Part shown: positions 13,517 through 27,823 of the stretch, piece by piece | Position numbering within the stretch: position 1 is the stretch's first letter | Layout: each line of letters starts with the position of its first letter | Assembly: GCA_964016885.1 (NCBI GenBank) | Contig: OZ024740.1 | Location: 266,600,001 to 266,664,000 of the forward strand | Direction: 5' to 3' | DNA: 64,000 bases | From: Eledone cirrhosa | Taxonomy: Eukaryota | Notes under the pieces: model-generated | What the model was told of the DNA's origin: nothing | Database searches by the model: none | The model's input: the letters and a program-made list of their open reading frames with translations, nothing else | Program-made: the position numbers and the translations under genes

Positions 13517-13980
13517 ACGGAATACTCCTGTTTTACCGGCGAAGATTTATAACCGAATCTCAGGTTTCTCGCCTCTGGGACTACCCATTATTGGAAGGTT
13601 CCCGCCATTGTCTTGTCAAGAAACTAGTATGATAAACGTACATACTACTTGACTTGTGACCCCAGCTTGTAGACAGAGGAAACACAGATGGCTTCCCATA
13701 AATCAACCCATATACACATCCTTCTAACTGTAGGGTTATTATAAATACAAGGACATGGAAAATCTAACAGAGAGACTACGAAGCAAGCAGTCCGTGTTAA
13801 GGTTAACGATGTAGCAGACCTTTTACTCTTTCGCTCTCCTGGGCCTTACTTTACTGGCTTTCACCTTCTCGGACACAGACTACGCCACCAGACAAGAGAG
13901 ACCGAAGCAGCAGTTCTTGAAGGGAATAACGAATACTAACACACACACACACACACACTCACACACACACACACATACAC

Positions 13981-14040
<60 letters not shown>

Positions 14041-14042
14041 TC

Positions 14043-14073
<31 letters not shown>

Positions 14074-14257
14074 GAATTACTTATTTTGCATCGCCGTAAT
14101 GATACATGCATGCGTGCTAGCTCGAAGTAGCTAGCCATCAATTAATGTAGCGATAAATTGTGTCACATATTGTTATTGTAAAATAAACATTGTCAACATC
14201 ACATCCATGGCCTTATTCTTTTCATCAAACATCCATTTAAAGAATAACATTTATCCG

Positions 14258-14260
<3 letters not shown>
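13513..14260 (+). mobile_element. Probable solo LTR in (TA)n
   Basis: Termini tataacgga and tccgctata (decayed TG..CA type). TATA-like tataaata near 13740 and AATAAA near 14182. Confidence 0.35.
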
Positions 14261-14322
<62 letters not shown>

Positions 14323-14384
14323 AAAGAATAGAGGTGTAACACACAAGTTATTATATATTGGTAAACGGAATAGAAAATGCTGAC

Positions 14385-14851
14385 AAATTGTTCACAGTTG
14401 AAAAATGGTTTAATTAGGAATAAAAGAGTATTGGTGATTGTATGGGTTAGTATTCAGTTGTGGTTTTAAGTTTTTAAGTTTTTACCGGTTGCGCATTTCT
14501 AAATGCTTTTCAAAAATAATTTTGAGATAGAGTGTCCGTGCTGTTTGCTCTGATCTGATTAGTTTTGGGAATTCTACCTGTTTTTATGTTAAAAAAGTGG
14601 CTCCAATTTGCAAAAATTCTTGTGGTCAAAACAATTTTGATTGGTCGGTAGAAGTCATGTGAATGTAAAAAATTGATTTTGCGCCAAGACTGTTTTTATG
14701 TTAAAAAAGTGGCTCCAGCAAAAATTCTTGTGGTCAAAACAATTTTGATTGGTCGGTAGAGGTCATGTGAATAAAAAATTGGTTTTGCGCCAAGATTGAG
14801 AAATGACTCTTTCACAACAAATATGTAAATATGTGTGGGTGTGTGTGTGTG

Positions 14852-14890
<39 letters not shown>

Positions 14891-14953
14891 TAGTAAGGTG
14901 TTCGATGTTGTGATAATGGTTAGCAGCGATGTGTGTCAAATGGCTATTAAGAT

Positions 14954-15038
<85 letters not shown>

Positions 15039-15377
15039 GCAGAGTAATTCGTGGTGCAGGGATGGTCAGTAAGAATGTGTCTGAAAGCAATGGGGGGTAT
15101 TTTAGCATGTCAAAAGATATTTTTCAGCTTTTGTCTTATACGGAGAAGTGTGTGTGTGTGTATGTATGTGTATATATATATAGTGAATAACATATCACAC
15201 CTTTTATTGTTAAGATTTTTGATGTTCTATTAAGAGAACCGATTTTACTGAAAAAATCGAATAATGTACACCATTTTACCAGGGGGAAAAAAATACTGGT
15301 CCACCCACCCACACACACACACACATATATATATACACACACACATACACACGCGTACATCAACATACAAAGAGACT

Positions 15378-15408
<31 letters not shown>

Positions 15409-15522
15409 GCACTTCTCCGTATAAGACAAAAGCTGAAAAATATCTTTTGACATGCTAAAATTGCTTTCAGACACATTCTTACTGACCATCCCTGCCACCA
15501 CGAATTACTCTGCTACACACAC

Positions 15523-15601
<79 letters not shown>

Positions 15602-15676
15602 ATCTTAATAGCCATTTGACACACATCGCTGCTAACCATTATCACAACATCGAACACCTTACTACTACTACTACTA

Positions 15677-15710
<34 letters not shown>

Positions 15711-16135
15711 TTGTTGTGAAAGAGTCATTTCTCAATCTTGGCGCAAAACCAATTTTTTATTCACATGACTCTCTACCGACCAATCAAAATTGTTTTGACC
15801 ACAAGAATTTTTGCTGGAGCCACTTTTTTAACATAAAAACAGTCTTGGCGCAAAATCAATTTTTTACATTCACATGACCTCTACCGACCAATCAAAATTG
15901 TTTTGACCACAAGAATTTTTGTAAATTTTAACATAAAAACAGGTAGAATTCCCAAAACTAATCAGATCAGAGCAAACAGCACGGACACTCTATCTCAAAA
16001 TTATTTTTGAAAAGCATTTAGAAATGCGCAACCGGTAAAAACTTAAAAACTTAAAACCACAACTGAATACTAACCCATACAATCACTAATACTCTTTTAT
16101 TCCTAATTAAACCATTTTTCAACTGTGAACAATTT
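14385..16135. repeat. Large inverted repeat (arms ~750 bp, spacer ~230 bp)
   Basis: 14385-15160 is the reverse complement of ~15395-16135, including an internal ~112-bp tandem duplication present in both arms. Confidence 0.93.
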
Positions 16136-16143
16136 GCAATATA

Positions 16144-16189
<46 letters not shown>

Positions 16190-16278
16190 AAGTCAACCTC
16201 GGCGGGATTTGAACTCAAATCGTAAAGGGACGCAAGTATGCTGGAAAGCATGGCGTCCGACCCTCTACCGATAATGCA

Positions 16279-16478
<200 letters not shown>

Positions 16479-16517
16479 ACACTTCTATAAAAAAAATATA
16501 TATATATATATATATAT

Positions 16518-16698
16518 GGTGATTGGCAGTATCGGTAGAGGGTCGGACGCCATGCTTTCCAGCATACTTACGTCCCTTTCGATTTCAGTTCAAATCCCGC
16601 CGAGGTGACTTTGCCTTTCATCCTTACGGGGTCGATAAAATAAAGTACCAGTAATGCACTAGGTAATTGCTGGCCTTGTGCCTAAAGTAGAAACAATT
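16518..16698 (+). mobile_element. SINE family A copy (inverted partial copy at ~16192-16278)
   Basis: Same head, core and 3' end as 5567-5745. Confidence 0.88.
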
Positions 16699-17787
16699 AT
16701 ACATATATCTGTATATATATGTGTGTGTATTCTTTGTTTAGTTAATTTATATCATTCATCTCCACTAACACTGTGGTACATATACATATTTAGTTTGTAT
16801 GAAAATTATCAGCAGATTCATAATTTGTTTATATTGTGGTTTATCTTTCCCCATTGGCCGAACCAAAATATGAGATATGATATCTTATTATGTTTCACAT
16901 TCGTAAAAATAATTTATCGTTCGAAACTATAAGTTTCTTAGAAACAACCCTCGGCGCAACGGAGACGTGTTTCACAGGAAGACAATTATTGGTACATAGA
17001 GTAAGAAAGACAGAAAGAGGACATATGTTACTGCCACCACCATCCTATGCTTCCGTTTAATTCTTAAAAACCAGTCCAAGCATTTATTAACAACGTTATT
17101 CGTTGTTTCTGTGCTATTGATGCTCACACAGCTGTGTGTGCTAATGAAGTTGTAAGCTGTCGTTGTTATATGAGGCGACGAATGGCAAAGTCGTTCGAAC
17201 GTCGGATAGAGCGCTTTATATGGTATTAGTTCGTGCTATCTACTCCCTAAGTTCAAATTCCACCGAGGTTAACTTTGCATTCATCCTTTCGAGGTCGATA
17301 AAAAAGGATAAAAAAAAAGGAGCGGTCGATTCTTTCTATCTCTTTCTCACTTCCATTCTCTTACTCTCTAAACTTCTCTGAAGACATCTGCTGTATTCAG
17401 ACCTGGAGAGAGATGGCTCCACAGGCTTAAAATGTACACGAAGCTCGTATGCTACTACGTCGCCCCTAGGATTCCTTCAGGGGTTATGGACCATACCATA
17501 CCATTGTATAATTTATATTTTTTTTATTTCCATGAATAGAATCGGTATAATTCTAAAAATAATCTTCAATTCTGTGATATAACAAATATTATATGGGATG
17601 AGGCTCGTGGAATTTTTAGGGATTCGCATTATATATGATTCGGTATTTGTTCACTGCGTTCTGAGTTCAAATACTGATGATGTCAAGTTAACCTTTCATC
17701 TTTCAACATTCTCGCGCTGTTGGCATATTGTGACTAGTATCTTGTCTGGGTTTGGCATAACCTACATTTCTAGTCAGCTGAATGAGT

Positions 17788-18455
<668 letters not shown>

Positions 18456-19249
18456 GTGTATATGTGTATGTATGTATGTATGTATAAGTATGTATATATA
18501 TGTGTGTGTGTATTTACATATATATATATATGTATGTAAGTGAATTAATGGGTGTCTGGTTGGCTATCAATGGAGATGAAGTATTTTACACACACACACA
18601 CACACATAGATACAAACACAAACGCACGCATACGCAAACACACACACTTATAGAAACATACCAGCAGATGGAATGAGAGAGCCCTGACCCAGCAATGGTG
18701 CTAATCCACCCACACAACTAAGCAAAGACAAACATTCGGTGTAGAGAACCCCATTTGAGTTGGGGTGGGGTTGGAAGCGTAGTCTCGTGATATATTCTCA
18801 TTTAGGTATCCAGATTAATGGCCTATTCATTGAAATACATAAATTCATGGATACATATGGGATTGGTTTAGATAAATGTTATCCTTTATTGTTTTTATGT
18901 ATTGGGTCGTCAAGTATGGAATTTGTAGGAATTTATAGATAAAAAAGAAATTTCTACAAATTTCATACTTGACCCAATATTTATCTATCTACAATTCTTT
19001 ACCATGTCCTTTTCTTTTGTCTTGTTTTTTTTTTAGGTTAAATCCTGTGAGTTTCACTTCCCTTTTATCATATTTTTGTTTCTTTTGTAAATAATTTATT
19101 AAGTTTTCATAATTCATTATATAAATAATTGTTTCTACTTTAGACACAAGGCGGCCAGCAATTACCCCAGTGCATTACTGGTACTTTATTTTATCGACCC
19201 CGTAAGGATGAAAGGCAAAACTAACCTCGCCCTTTCCTGCATTTATATA

Positions 19250-19650
19250 AATAATGAAAAAAAGGCGGAAAGGATAAAGAAAACCAGATCTGGCTATATA
19301 GGAATGTAAAGGAAAGGACTATAAATGTAATAAATGAGAAGAAAAGGAGGGAAAGAGCAAGATAGAGAGGGGGGAGAGGATAGGATGACAGGCTCTACGC
19401 CCAGGTCAATTAATGGCGGTCAGGTGAGATCGAGTAAGTGCAAGTAGGGTTAGAAAAGGAAATGTGTGACGTCCGAACGACTATCCTCCACCTCCAACTA
19501 ACTTACCCTCCGCCTCTGGTCCCACGTCGACAGGATGGAGAATACATTACCTCAGAGGATGGTGAGGGAGACGCGTTTGAATAGTCCCTCCATAGCAGTA
19601 AGTAGGGAGGTGGTCCGGGGTCAAGAACACCGGAAGTTGCGACGGTGTGA
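19250..19650 (-). mobile_element. CRE-like LINE 3' end remnant
   Basis: Minus strand LFKRVSLTIL.GNVFSILS. The adjoining 3' UTR resembles ~39305-39360 (plus) and ~47570-47617 (minus). Confidence 0.55.
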
Positions 19651-19673
19651 AGAGCTTTTAAAACTAATGCCTA

Positions 19674-19966
19674 TACAATGGAACCTTGGTTCACGAACTT
19701 AATTTAGCAAAAGTCCGTTCGTTACCCGAAGTGTTCGTAACCCGAAACTATTTCTTTTCGTACGAAATGTTGAAAGAGAAATGCAGTGTGAGAGAGAGAG
19801 ATTGTGTGTGAAATACAGATAGGTATCCCATAGTACCTAACTACACATCAAATGACGCTTTCCTGTTGATACTCCAAGCTTGTTGCCAACCGTTGTTGCC
19901 GGCTTGCGTTTGTGACACCATTCGTAAATCGAGACGTATGTTCGTAAAAATCGAGATTTCCCTATA
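19674..19966. mobile_element. pogo/Tigger-like MITE
   Basis: tacaatggaaccttggttcacgaac versus gttcgtaaaaatcgagatttccctata (imperfect TIRs, TA ends), with subterminal gttcgta repeats. Confidence 0.5.
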
Positions 19967-19979
19967 TATATATATATAT

Positions 19980-19985
19980 GTGTGT

Positions 19986-20023
<38 letters not shown>

Positions 20024-20104
20024 CTCTCTGTGGGCATGTATGCGTATATTTGTGTGACTATGTGTGTGAGCACACAGGCTACTCTGTATGTACCTGTCAG
20101 TATC

Positions 20105-20179
<75 letters not shown>

Positions 20180-20279
20180 CTCTCTGTGGGCATGTATGCG
20201 TATATTTGTGTGACTATGTGTGTGAGCACACAGGCTACTCTGTATGTACCTGTCAGTATCTGTGTGTGTGTGTGTGTGT

Positions 20280-20333
<54 letters not shown>

Positions 20334-20432
20334 CTCTCTGTGGGCATGTATGCGTATATTTGTGTGACTATGTGTGTGAGCACACAGGCTACTCTGTATG
20401 TACCTGTCAGTATCTGTGTGTGTGTGTGTGTG

Positions 20433-20489
<57 letters not shown>

Positions 20490-20587
20490 CTCTCTGTGGG
20501 CATGTATGCGTATATTTGTGTGACTATGTGTGTGAGCACACAGGCTACTCTGTATGTACCTGTCAGTATCTCTGTGTGTGTGTGTGT

Positions 20588-20625
<38 letters not shown>

Positions 20626-20723
20626 CTCTCTGTGGGCATGTATGCGTATATTTGTGTGACTATGTGTGTGAGCACACAGGCTACTCTGTATGTACCTGTC
20701 AGTATCTCTGTGTGTGTGTGTGT

Positions 20724-20761
<38 letters not shown>

Positions 20762-20859
20762 CTCTCTGTGGGCATGTATGCGTATATTTGTGTGACTATG
20801 TGTGTGAGCACACAGGCTACTCTGTATGTACCTGTCAGTATCTCTGTGTGTGTGTGTGT

Positions 20860-20897
<38 letters not shown>

Positions 20898-20997
20898 CTC
20901 TCTGTGGGCATGTATGCGTATATTTGTGTGACTATGTGTGTGAGCACACAGGCTACTCTGTATGTACCTGTCAGTATCTGTGTGTGTGTGTGTGTGT

Positions 20998-21051
<54 letters not shown>

Positions 21052-21150
21052 CTCTCTGTGGGCATGTATGCGTATATTTGTGTGACTATGTGTGTGAGCA
21101 CACAGGCTACTCTGTATGTACCTGTCAGTATCTGTGTGTGTGTGTGTGTG

Positions 21151-21207
<57 letters not shown>

Positions 21208-21305
21208 CTCTCTGTGGGCATGTATGCGTATATTTGTGTGACTATGTGTGTGAGCACACAGGCTACTCTGTATGTACCTGTCAGTATCTCTGTGTGTGTG
21301 TGTGT

Positions 21306-21343
<38 letters not shown>

Positions 21344-21435
21344 CTCTCTGTGGGCATGTATGCGTATATTTGTGTGACTATGTGTGTGAGCACACAGGCT
21401 ACTCTGTATGTACCTGTCAGTATCTCTGTGTGTGT

Positions 21436-21469
<34 letters not shown>

Positions 21470-21567
21470 CTCTCTGTGGGCATGTATGCGTATATTTGTG
21501 TGACTATGTGTGTGAGCACACAGGCTACTCTGTATGTACCTGTCAGTATCTCTGTGTGTGTGTGTGT

Positions 21568-21605
<38 letters not shown>

Positions 21606-21685
21606 CTCTCTGTGGGCATGTATGCGTATATTTGTGTGACTATGTGTGTGAGCACACAGGCTACTCTGTATGTATCTGTCAGTAG

Positions 21686-21728
<43 letters not shown>
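19980..21728. repeat. 12-copy minisatellite: ~84-bp constant core plus variable (GT)n
   Basis: Core gcctctctgtgggcatg...cctgtcagtatct at 20022, 20178, 20332, 20488, 20624, 20760, 20896, 21050, 21206, 21342, 21468 and 21604. Confidence 0.95.
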
Positions 21729-21730
<2 letters not shown>

Positions 21731-22044
21731 CTGACAAACAGCAGTAATGTTGCCGACGAGTGACAGCTTACGCCCTGACAGTCAGCGGGCTGATACAAGT
21801 AGTCAGAACAATGATGACGTCACTAACCAGTGACCAACCCAAGGACGCGCAAAGCGGACGATATAGGCTTGTAGGGCCAGAAAACCCCAGAAAGAGGATA
21901 TGATCCGAAATCAATAGACGTGTCCGAGGAACCTGCGAGACTAGAGTCAGGTAGATCCACACATGGATCGTACCTCGAGCTGTTCGCCGGGGAAACAATT
22001 GTAACACACAATAAATTGAGTTCCGATGCATCACTGATTTTTCG

Positions 22045-22120
<76 letters not shown>

Positions 22121-22161
22121 TCTCTCTCTCTCTCTCACTCTCTCTGTATCTATCTATCTAT

Positions 22162-22390
22162 CTAAGGCGGGTAAAATTCCCGAGATCCATGGACGAGTTC
22201 TCTCCAGCGGTCTCTGTCCCTCATTATCGCTGCCATATCCTGCATCTCCAACAGACCAGTGTCTGTCCTTAGGGCATCAACATATGTTAACCTTGGTCTT
22301 CCTCTTCCAGTGTGTCCATGTAGGGGCTCCCAAAGGAGCACTGAGTGCAATGTCAACTCTGGATGTCGGTGAGCATGTCCAGCCAACCTC
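22162..22390 (-). pseudogene. RTE-like LINE C-terminal fragment
   Basis: AGHAHRH..VLLWEP..GRGRPRLTYVD..DTGL..MRDRDRWR. Confidence 0.7.
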
Positions 22391-22494
22391 TGTATATGTA
22401 TATATATATATATACATATATAGCTTAGCTGCAGCCAGAGCTTCGATTATGCTACAATTCTATTGATTGGTTAATTATTTATGTTTTTTTAATA

Positions 22495-22678
22495 ACTGTT
22501 TCTACTTTTGGCACAAGGCCAGCAATTACCCAGTGTATTACTGGTACTTTATTTTATCGACCCTGTAAGGACGAAAGGCAAAGTTAACCTCGGCGGGATT
22601 TGAACTCAGAATGGAAAGAGCCGTAACTCTTTGCGTCAAAGCATGGCGTCCGACCCTCCACCAATACTGCCAATCCAC
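22495..22678 (-). mobile_element. SINE family A copy
   Basis: Reverse complement of the 5567-5745 element. Confidence 0.88.
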
Positions 22679-23339
22679 GTCTGGTCGAGAGCTTTATTCG
22701 GTTTGTGGAAAGGAATTTATTCCTTTGTTCAAATTTTGAATTTTGACCGCCAAAAACCGAGGGTTACCTCCCTTCGGGAAAACCACGTGACTGCCATCAG
22801 TGTTTACTGCTAAAATTCACAACCGGGGAGGCTGAGAACGGAATCCTGTTGAGAAAGTGAATCCTCTGTTCGATCTTTCAAAACCAATAACTTGCATGCC
22901 CCGCAAGTGGATTTTGTTGATTTCGGATTTACAGAAACCTAGCGGAGATATTGTATAATATCGAGGCGATGGTCCAGATTTGTCATATTTTCCTGAGTCA
23001 GGTTTGGTCCCTGCGGCTGGTTTACCGGTCGCTGTCTTCAATTTGCAAAGCTGTCTAAACGTAATGTTATAACTCTAAGGTAAAATACGTTATTGAGTGC
23101 TTATCTGTACATTCCGATTGCATTCGTAAGCTTAGCTGCAGCCAGAGATTCGATTATGCTGTACTTCCATTCATGCATATTTATTTTGTATAGTAATTGG
23201 TGAACTATAGCGTCATTGATTACATACAGGTAAGCATAAGGCTAAACATTGGTTTATTCAAATCCGGCGCTTCATTTAGGCCAACTGGGTAGCCACCTAC
23301 AGTGCAGAACTCGAAACGATGAATTACTGAACCTTAAAG

Positions 23340-23522
23340 GATCACAGGTGTATGCAAATGTCTAGCTTTTTTCCCTCGCACTGCCAGACTTTGGAACTCT
23401 CTTCCATCTCATTGTTTTCCTCCTCCTTATGACTTGAACTCTTCCAAGTCTTATGTAAATTCTCATAATTTCTCCTTTTTCATAATCCCTTACAGTGGTT
23501 TCACGCCTTGTTTGAGACTTTA
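23340..23522 (+). pseudogene. CR1/L2-like LINE extreme 3' end
   Basis: SSFFPRTARLWNSLPSHCFPPPYDLNSSK. Confidence 0.7.
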
Positions 23523-23684
23523 ATATATATATATATAGTAATAATAAATGTGAAGACTAAAATCCGAAGAGGGCTCGATAAGGATCATATATATGAGTTT
23601 CAGAAAATCCCGTTAAGGGTGAAAGCAGCGATTCTTTGCTTAAATTTTAATCTGTTCTTATAATAAATATATATATATATACGT

Positions 23685-23934
23685 AATAATTAGAAATTGA
23701 TTAACATTTAAATAAACATGAATAATCACAGGAGATAATTTTTACAAGTGGGTAAGCACACATAGCTAGGTAGGTAACTAAATAAAGTTATCCAGAACTT
23801 CATAAATAGATACCTTATGATATGATTAATCTTCCCTAGTTACCAACCTAGCTATGTGTGGTTACACACTTGTAAAAATTATCTCCTGTGATTATTCATG
23901 TTTATTTATATGTTAATCAATTTCTAGTTATTAT
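23685..23934. repeat. Inverted repeat, ~95-bp arms with ~55-bp spacer
   Basis: taataattagaaattgattaac...ctaggtaggtaacta versus tagttaccaacctag...gttaatcaatttctagttatta. Confidence 0.9.
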
Positions 23935-24559
23935 AAAATGCTCGGACCTATTCGTTAGAATCTTAGAGCTTATTTTGCGGGTGATATGGCGCATGTCTTT
24001 CTGGCATGACACCCATAATTTTGATTTAGATTAAATTCATTTTGATTTATCTTAATTTTGAATATAGATATATATATACGTATACATATATATTCGAAAG
24101 TAAGTTTATTTATATATCCCACACGGGTAAAAATGTAGGAAAAAGAAGTTGAAAATGCAAATGGAGTCTTTCAGAAGGTTTATTTGCAATAATTTATAAC
24201 TTTAGTGGTTTCATAAGTTTCTTGATTTTCAAAGGTCATGAGAGATGGAGAGATGTGTGACGATATCAAGTTAAGTTGGCATAGCCGCACCTTGTGAAGT
24301 TATAAATTATTTTTAGAGTTTAATAAATATTAAATAACATTACAAATTGTTTATAATTCTTTACAGAATGAAAATATAAATAAATACAATTAATATACCA
24401 AGCATATAGATAAATTTAAAGTAGAATAACATAACAAATATGTTTTAAATATATACATGAATAACACTACAAATGTTTAAATAACATTATAAATTGCTCG
24501 CGATTCTTTCAGAAGGATATATTCCTTTAATGTTGCAATATTAAAGAAAATATAGAGGA

Positions 24560-27260
24560 AGGCGTGAACAAACCAGCCACCACCAGAGCAAAAGACAGCA
24601 GCGTCGCGAGGAGTACTGGGCAACTTCTTTAATGATTTGTTAGGCAAGCCAGCCCACTCACAGCGTTGCCTCGGGTGATAGCGAGGCTGATGCGCTGAAA
24701 CAACCAAGCGCCCTCGCGAGATTCGCCAGTTACCTCTATTAGGCAAGCCGCCAGTGAAGAGAGGAAACTCGCAGTCAGCAGTCCGACTCCCCCAAACGTC
24801 TCGAAAGCCACAGGCTGGAAAATGTAGCTGGCCGACAGATTACTGTATTTGAGGGTGTTGCACCGCTTGGCTGCGGGAGCTGTGGCTCTCGCCCTAACCG
24901 CAGCATCCAGGATGTGGGAAGAAGCAAAGGAGTCACTAACAGTGACGTCCTAGACAAGGCACCTGCCTCTCGACCAGGGGCACAGGGTAAGGCCGTCAGG
25001 TCTTTTGCCGTCACTTCTGGACCACCCAGAGGGTTCCAAGATTGAGGGGATGTTGGCCCGGGTCAAAGCTCTCTTGAGAATGAAGTTTAGCTCCGTGTGA
25101 CACGCGAAGCGGCCGGCATTCAGGCGGCAAAACAGACCGTGGAGTCGAGTCGAGGAGTTTACCGCATCGACACCTCAAACCCATGCAGACGTCAGCTCCC
25201 ACTCTGAGGGCAATGGAGACACGAAGTTCGTCCAGGCTGAGTAGGCCACCAACGTTGGCCACGGGTAGGGCGCTGGCAGATAGTAAGCGGCACCTTGCAA
25301 ACTGATCCGACTGGACGAAGAGGGAGTCGAAGGTGGCCCTCGAAGTTATGCTGTCCCAAGCTCTCTGACTTCGACTGTTCTCCACCTACTCTGGAAGAGA
25401 CAAGCCCAACTCACTCCATTGCTGGAGACCTTTATCCAACTCCCTGTTGGAACTAGTCCATGTTGGAGAGGAGAGGATGCTGCTCACCAGGGTGGAGCAA
25501 GCCTGGGTGGAAGAAAGGAAGCAGGGAAGAGCGAGGGACGAGCACTTACGAAGACCAAGACCCCCAAATCGCTTGGGCAACGCAGCCTGATCGCGGAACT
25601 CTGGAGAGAGTCTACCATTGACCAGGCACTCGAGTCTCTCGAAGATTAGGTCGTCGAAGCGTTGGAGGCAGAACGGAAATATATGAGGGGAGCTGACCCT
25701 GAGCAGATACAGAAGCTTAGGAATAGACAGGTAGTTCCTGAGTATATAAAGAAACCTTGATGAGGTTCGATAATTTCAATATTCTTCAGCAGCTGCTCAA
25801 GGCCAACCATTTTCGATTGGAAGATTGACTCGAAGGCAAGGTCTGTGGTTGGGGTTCCTAAGGAGAACCAAGCCGACGGGGGAGAGACCGCAATGGAAGG
25901 GAAGGACTCCGTAAACAGGTCGATTAGCTGTTGGTGTTGAGAAGCCGGGTGGTTGAGGATCCAGAGCTCACATTTGGAACTATTTACCTGGGGGCCCCGG
26001 CTGCTAAGCTCCTCAACTATTTTGTTGGCAATGGCGAGAATCTCATCCGGAGTTCCCCCCAAACAAGCGCCGTCGAGGTACCAGACATTGAGGTCCAACT
26101 CAACCCCCATCTTGGTGACGTCATCAATGTCCAGAGCAAACAGAGCGGGTCCGAAGCTGAGGTGATGATTTGGTCATCGAAAGAGAGGTAGGAGGGCTCC
26201 CGATAAACCTGCCAAGCAAAGTGGTAGAGTTGTGGGACGCTCTCTCTTACTGAGCCGAGGACGACGCCGCGGCTGACGGAATTAAATGCATTATTGAGGT
26301 CAAGTTTGAGGATGACCTTGGGGGACGAGGAGGACAAGTTGGTAAAGGCTCTGGTAGCGTGGGCAGCAGCCTCACATCCCAACTTGGTACCCACCCCCAA
26401 CTGGATGGGGGAAAATTCCCCTGCCAGTGAGTCAGAGATCGACAGCAAACACTCCTTTGCAGTAAGGCGACGAAGGGTGCAGCCAACCGCAATGGGACGC
26501 AGGTCTCCGTTGTGCTTGGTGAGACTAAATAACTTCGCGCCGAAGAACAGTGGATGGATATAGGGGAGAACGTTCACTGAAGAGAACTGATTCACAAACT
26601 GAGTCAGACTCTCCAAGAGCTCGAGTCCGGCGTTGAGGTGTTGAGGATGAAGGCCGTCAATCCCCGCGCCTGGCCCAGCGGGGAAGGATGAAATCGACTT
26701 TCTGTTGATATCAGTGGTGTAAACAGATCTCGAGTATTCTGGTGGTTCGGGCCAGTGTAGCTGATCATCTCGGGGTGCCGATAGGTGCTTCTCTTTCAGT
26801 CGCTCAAGAGAATCAGAGTTGCACGGAGCGAGCGAGGACAGAGAAGAGGAGAGACGAACAGCCCCTTTAATGTTAAATTCGCTGAATTTGGCATTGACCG
26901 TTCGCTTGAGATCTATCGGTTGTCTGCTGGTGGACACCGGGCTCGATGTCGAACTGAAGTGAAGCGTGGTTGGGAACTGCCGCTTGAGAGAGGACGTGAG
27001 GGACCCCGAATTCGCATTGTGCACGTGAAGAGAGATGGGAGGAAACAAAAACAATTTCTGCCAGTCAGATCTATTGTTGGACGAGCAAACGTTTTTCTAT
27101 AAATTAGAGACGGCACGTGCAAAGCTATTCCGGGATCCGGTTGACGAGCTTTGATTTGGAGAAACCCTGGAGGGCTGTGGCAAAGTCCTCGGTAGAGAGT
27201 TGGTCATCGAAGCGTGGGGCATACCGACGTATTCCGTGGGATGCCCCACACTTCGATGAC
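24560..27260 (-). mobile_element. CRE-clade (R2 superfamily) LINE: RT plus restriction-like endonuclease, multiply frameshifted
   Basis: LRPIAVGCTLRRL, QLGVG...GCEAAAHA, KLDLNNAFNSVSR, WYLDG (YLDD-like), GGLGLR, CRCG, AFETFG, WLFQRISLAITRGNA. Confidence 0.88.
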
Positions 27261-27556
27261 CAACTCTCTCATAAATCTTTCAATTTTTATTGTGTTAGTT
27301 TTTAAACAAACATTAAGTGCTTAAAAGAGCTTTTAAAATGATACATTTATTTAAGTGCTTTTATGTTTTACATTGCAATTGATAGACAATAGCGTTGTTG
27401 ATTGCATGTTACCAAAGAGTTAATTACTAATACATTGCATTCAACTAACTATCATTCTTTGTCGGGTTAAAATCTATGATGAAAATGGGTTGAGGTTTCA
27501 AAACTGATATATTTATTCATATCCCTGGCTCACCCAGGCTGGCCCTTCCTCTACAC

Positions 27557-27823
27557 CAGACATGGGCAACCTTTTTCGAGAAGCGGGCTGCATGAGATAT
27601 GGCTCAACATTAGGCGGGCCGCAAGTGCTAATTTACATCCTTGCCCACATTAAAAAACTCGGGTTGTTTTGATTTGTTTCTTCAGAATTCGAACAGTTGT
27701 TTTCCTCGGTTGTAAAAATGATAGAAAGATAAATTACGAGTTGGGGTAGAAAAATCAGAAAGACTTCACTTAGGTGACTTAGGCGAACCATTCAGAAAGC
27801 TTCGCGAGCCGCAGGTTGCCCAT
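27557..27823 (+). mobile_element. hAT (Charlie-like) MITE, copy 1
   Basis: cagacatgggcaacc...ggttgcccat, homologous to 48143-48435. Confidence 0.8.

Noticed and set aside
19980-21728. CRISPR array
   Set aside because: Repeats are ~84 bp, spacers are only (GT)n, no cas genes, eukaryotic context.
22423-23160. 30-bp direct repeat cttagctgcagccagag.ttcgattatgct as an element boundary
   Set aside because: The repeat is real but the enclosed sequence (a SINE plus an unassigned fragment) does not form a recognisable unit.
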